52,401 nucleotides of DNA from an uncultured bacterium (lineage in GTDB: Bacteria > Schekmanbacteria > GWA2-38-11 > J061), in contig CAZJVM010000011.1 in NCBI GenBank assembly GCA_964549305.1, positions 1 to 52,401 on the forward strand. The letters run 5' to 3'. The notes under the pieces are model-generated. The model had not been told where the DNA came from. It saw nothing but the letters and a program-made list of their open reading frames with translations, and ran no database searches. Of the stretch, positions 50,855 to 52,401 are shown piece after piece. Within the stretch, counting starts at the first letter, position 1, and the number at the start of each line of letters is the position of its first letter. The position numbers were made by a program, and so were the translations under genes.

Positions 50855-50911
50855 AAACTTTGAGTGAGGAGGAAACTGGATATAATACAATATTTACAAT
50901 TCTCAATTCCT

Positions 50912-51352
50912 TTACTTCAAATTATCTATCCAATTATAAATTGAAAAAGAGATATTCTTATTAGTTTCTTTAACTGTATTAACAAGCGGCTTCAGTTCTT
51001 CCCAGCGCAAATTAAAACTGTATGAGTGAACAAAATAATGCCTGAAAGACAAGAATGATAAAAGAGAATGGAATAACTCCTCAGCAATAATTCCCTTTTC
51101 AAAACAAATCTTAAGCAAATCTTTATGCCATGTTGCTGAATTTTTTATTTTACAATTCTCAAATTGCAAAACTCTTTTAATAATATTTTCAGTACCACTG
51201 TAATAATTGTGAAGAAATGTAGCAATCGCAGCTAATTCTGCTTTTGAATACTCTGATTTATTTTCATCCAAAACAGAAAAAAGTTCATTAAGTACCATAC
51301 TGATGTTTTCAAATTCAACATCACAGTATTCTTTAAGCCGCTTTTTGTTCAT
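50912..51352 (-). CDS. HEPN-domain RNase toxin (HepT-like), copy 2
   Basis: Translation identical to 49801-50241. Confidence 0.88.
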   Translation of the reverse strand: MNKKRLKEYCDVEFENISMVLNELFSVLDENKSEYSKAELAAIATFLHNYYSGTENIIKRVLQFENCKIKNSATWHKDLLKICFEKGIIAEELFHSLLSFLSFRHYFVHSYSFNLRWEELKPLVNTVKETNKNISFSIYNWIDNLK

Positions 51353-51620
51353 ACACCAATTTGCCTTCTTGAAAAATAATATTTTTTAGTTTTACTGATG
51401 CTTCTGACAAATCAATAACATCAACCGTTTTTGACATCTTATAAAAAAGCTCTCCATAGAATTTAAAAAAAACGCCCTCCGGTATTTCATTTACAGCAAA
51501 ATCATAATCATTTATATCTTCATCATCTTCATATAGAGAAGACCCAATCAAATACAACTTTCCTATTTTATATTTTTTTGCTATCTCTATTGCCAAATCC
51601 AATTCATGTTTTGGTATCAT
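51333..51620 (-). CDS. Minimal nucleotidyltransferase antitoxin (MntA-like), copy 2
   Basis: Translation identical to 50222-50509. Confidence 0.9.
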   Translation of the reverse strand: MIPKHELDLAIEIAKKYKIGKLYLIGSSLYEDDEDINDYDFAVNEIPEGVFFKFYGELFYKMSKTVDVIDLSEASVKLKNIIFQEGKLVYEQKAA

Positions 51621-51843
51621 ATTTACCCTTTCAGAAAATCAGAAAGTATTTTATCCATTTAACAAATTATTTACCTTATGTTTTTTTATAGTAAGTGTAC
51701 TATATTTTATCACACTTCTTCAAAAAATATTCTAACGTAAATGACATAACACATTGTTTTTGCCAGATTTTCTGTTCCAAATCCACACTGTATGTAACTG
51801 AGCTATCTTTCTTTACCGTGTAATTTACCGACACCCTTTATTT

Positions 51844-51874
51844 GTCATTATCCGACACCGACCGGATAATCCGG
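51844..51874 (+). repeat. GTCAT REP-like hairpin, copy D (hairpin only)
   Basis: GTCATTATCCGACACCGACCGGATAATCCGG. Confidence 0.75.
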
Positions 51875-51926
51875 TATTTATTCCGTGTCATCCTTTCACC
51901 GAGTCATTGCCCAAAAAAAGCATTTA

Positions 51927-51999
51927 GTCACTCTCCGATTTATTCGGGGAATCCAGTTTTTAATTTCCTCTGGATCTTCCAGTCAAGCTGGAAGATGAC
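51927..51999. repeat. Inverted REP doublet (REPIN/BIME-like)
   Basis: GTCACTCTCCGATTTATTCGGGGAATCCAG-N13-CTGGATCTTCCAGTCAAGCTGGAAGATGAC. Confidence 0.75.
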
Positions 52000-52101
52000 A
52001 AAAAGAGAAAAAAGTCATACTCCTACCTCTTTTACTATGGAAAAATATCCGGTTTTACCTATGGAATTTATTATGGCGTTTACTTAATCTTAAGTATAAA
52101 T

Positions 52102-52313
52102 GGGTCTTGCATCCAACTCTTTTCACTGTGCCGTAAAAAAAAGACCCGGCGAAAGGGCAACGCGGTGACGCGGAGTAAAACAGACTAATTCCTTTTAAAA
52201 AGGAGAGACTGAGGGTTAAAAATTTATCGTTGTCCGAAGGCAGACGCCGTAGGCGGATAGCAAGTTTAATAAAACTGTCACCCTCCCTTAGTCCCTCCCG
52301 TCGAGAGAGGGAA
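52102..52313. repeat. Cluster of other degenerate short palindromes (REP-like)
   Basis: GGGTCTT...AAGACCC; CCTTTTAAAAAGG; CGCCGTAGGCG; CACCCTCCCTTAGTCCCTCCCGTCGAGAGAGGGA. Confidence 0.45.
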
Positions 52314-52401
52314 ATATTCTAATCGGAACAGACCACTTCCTTTTAATATGTAAACCCGACCCCGGATAACCTGTCAGCTTTTACATTCTTCCGTATGTCT
52401 T

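Larger units (their letters stand above)
49607..51853. repeat. Tandem duplication, 1111-bp unit x2, with 25-bp junction direct repeat x3
   Basis: CGACACCCTTTATTTGTCATTATCC at 49607, 50718 and 51829; ORF pairs offset by exactly 1111 bp with identical translations. Confidence 0.95.

Noticed and set aside
51842-52087. 81-aa ORF over the repeat cluster (and the 62-aa ORF at 49482-49670)
   Set aside because: Composed of REP-like palindromes, no SD, no protein-like features.
52150-52270. Possible glycine or c-di-GMP-I riboswitch (GGAGAG...CCGAAGG; GGCAA...GACGC)
   Set aside because: Lacks CTCTCAGG (glycine) and the GAAA tetraloop/GCAAAG core (c-di-GMP-I); better explained as degenerate palindromes.

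Overview
Chromosomal window from a diderm, anaerobe-like bacterium (Deltaproteobacteria/Nitrospinae-like gene content; the taxonomy is an inference). Most of it is housekeeping: tRNA-Phe, pckA, dacB, queH, secA, glycine cleavage system with lipoylation enzyme, gap-pgk-tpiA-secG, alaS, tol-pal, a PiT-type phosphate transporter, yajQ, argB, hrcA-dnaJ-prmA-rsmE, pilD, ricT and tmk. There are also two atypical c-di-GMP signalling genes. Three things stand out. (1) At the right end, an AT-rich MNT-HEPN toxin-antitoxin cassette is tandemly duplicated with a 1111-bp period, and its junctions are a 25-bp direct repeat attached to GTCAT-type REP-like hairpins. (2) A related ~100-bp element with compensatory stem changes recurs after pilD, alongside phased GTCAT stubs and several other palindrome families. 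(3) Two tandem desulforedoxin-like (CxxC..CC) microproteins, missed by the ORF track, follow the alaS-SurA-like operon. No CRISPR array, rRNA, integrase or transposase was seen.
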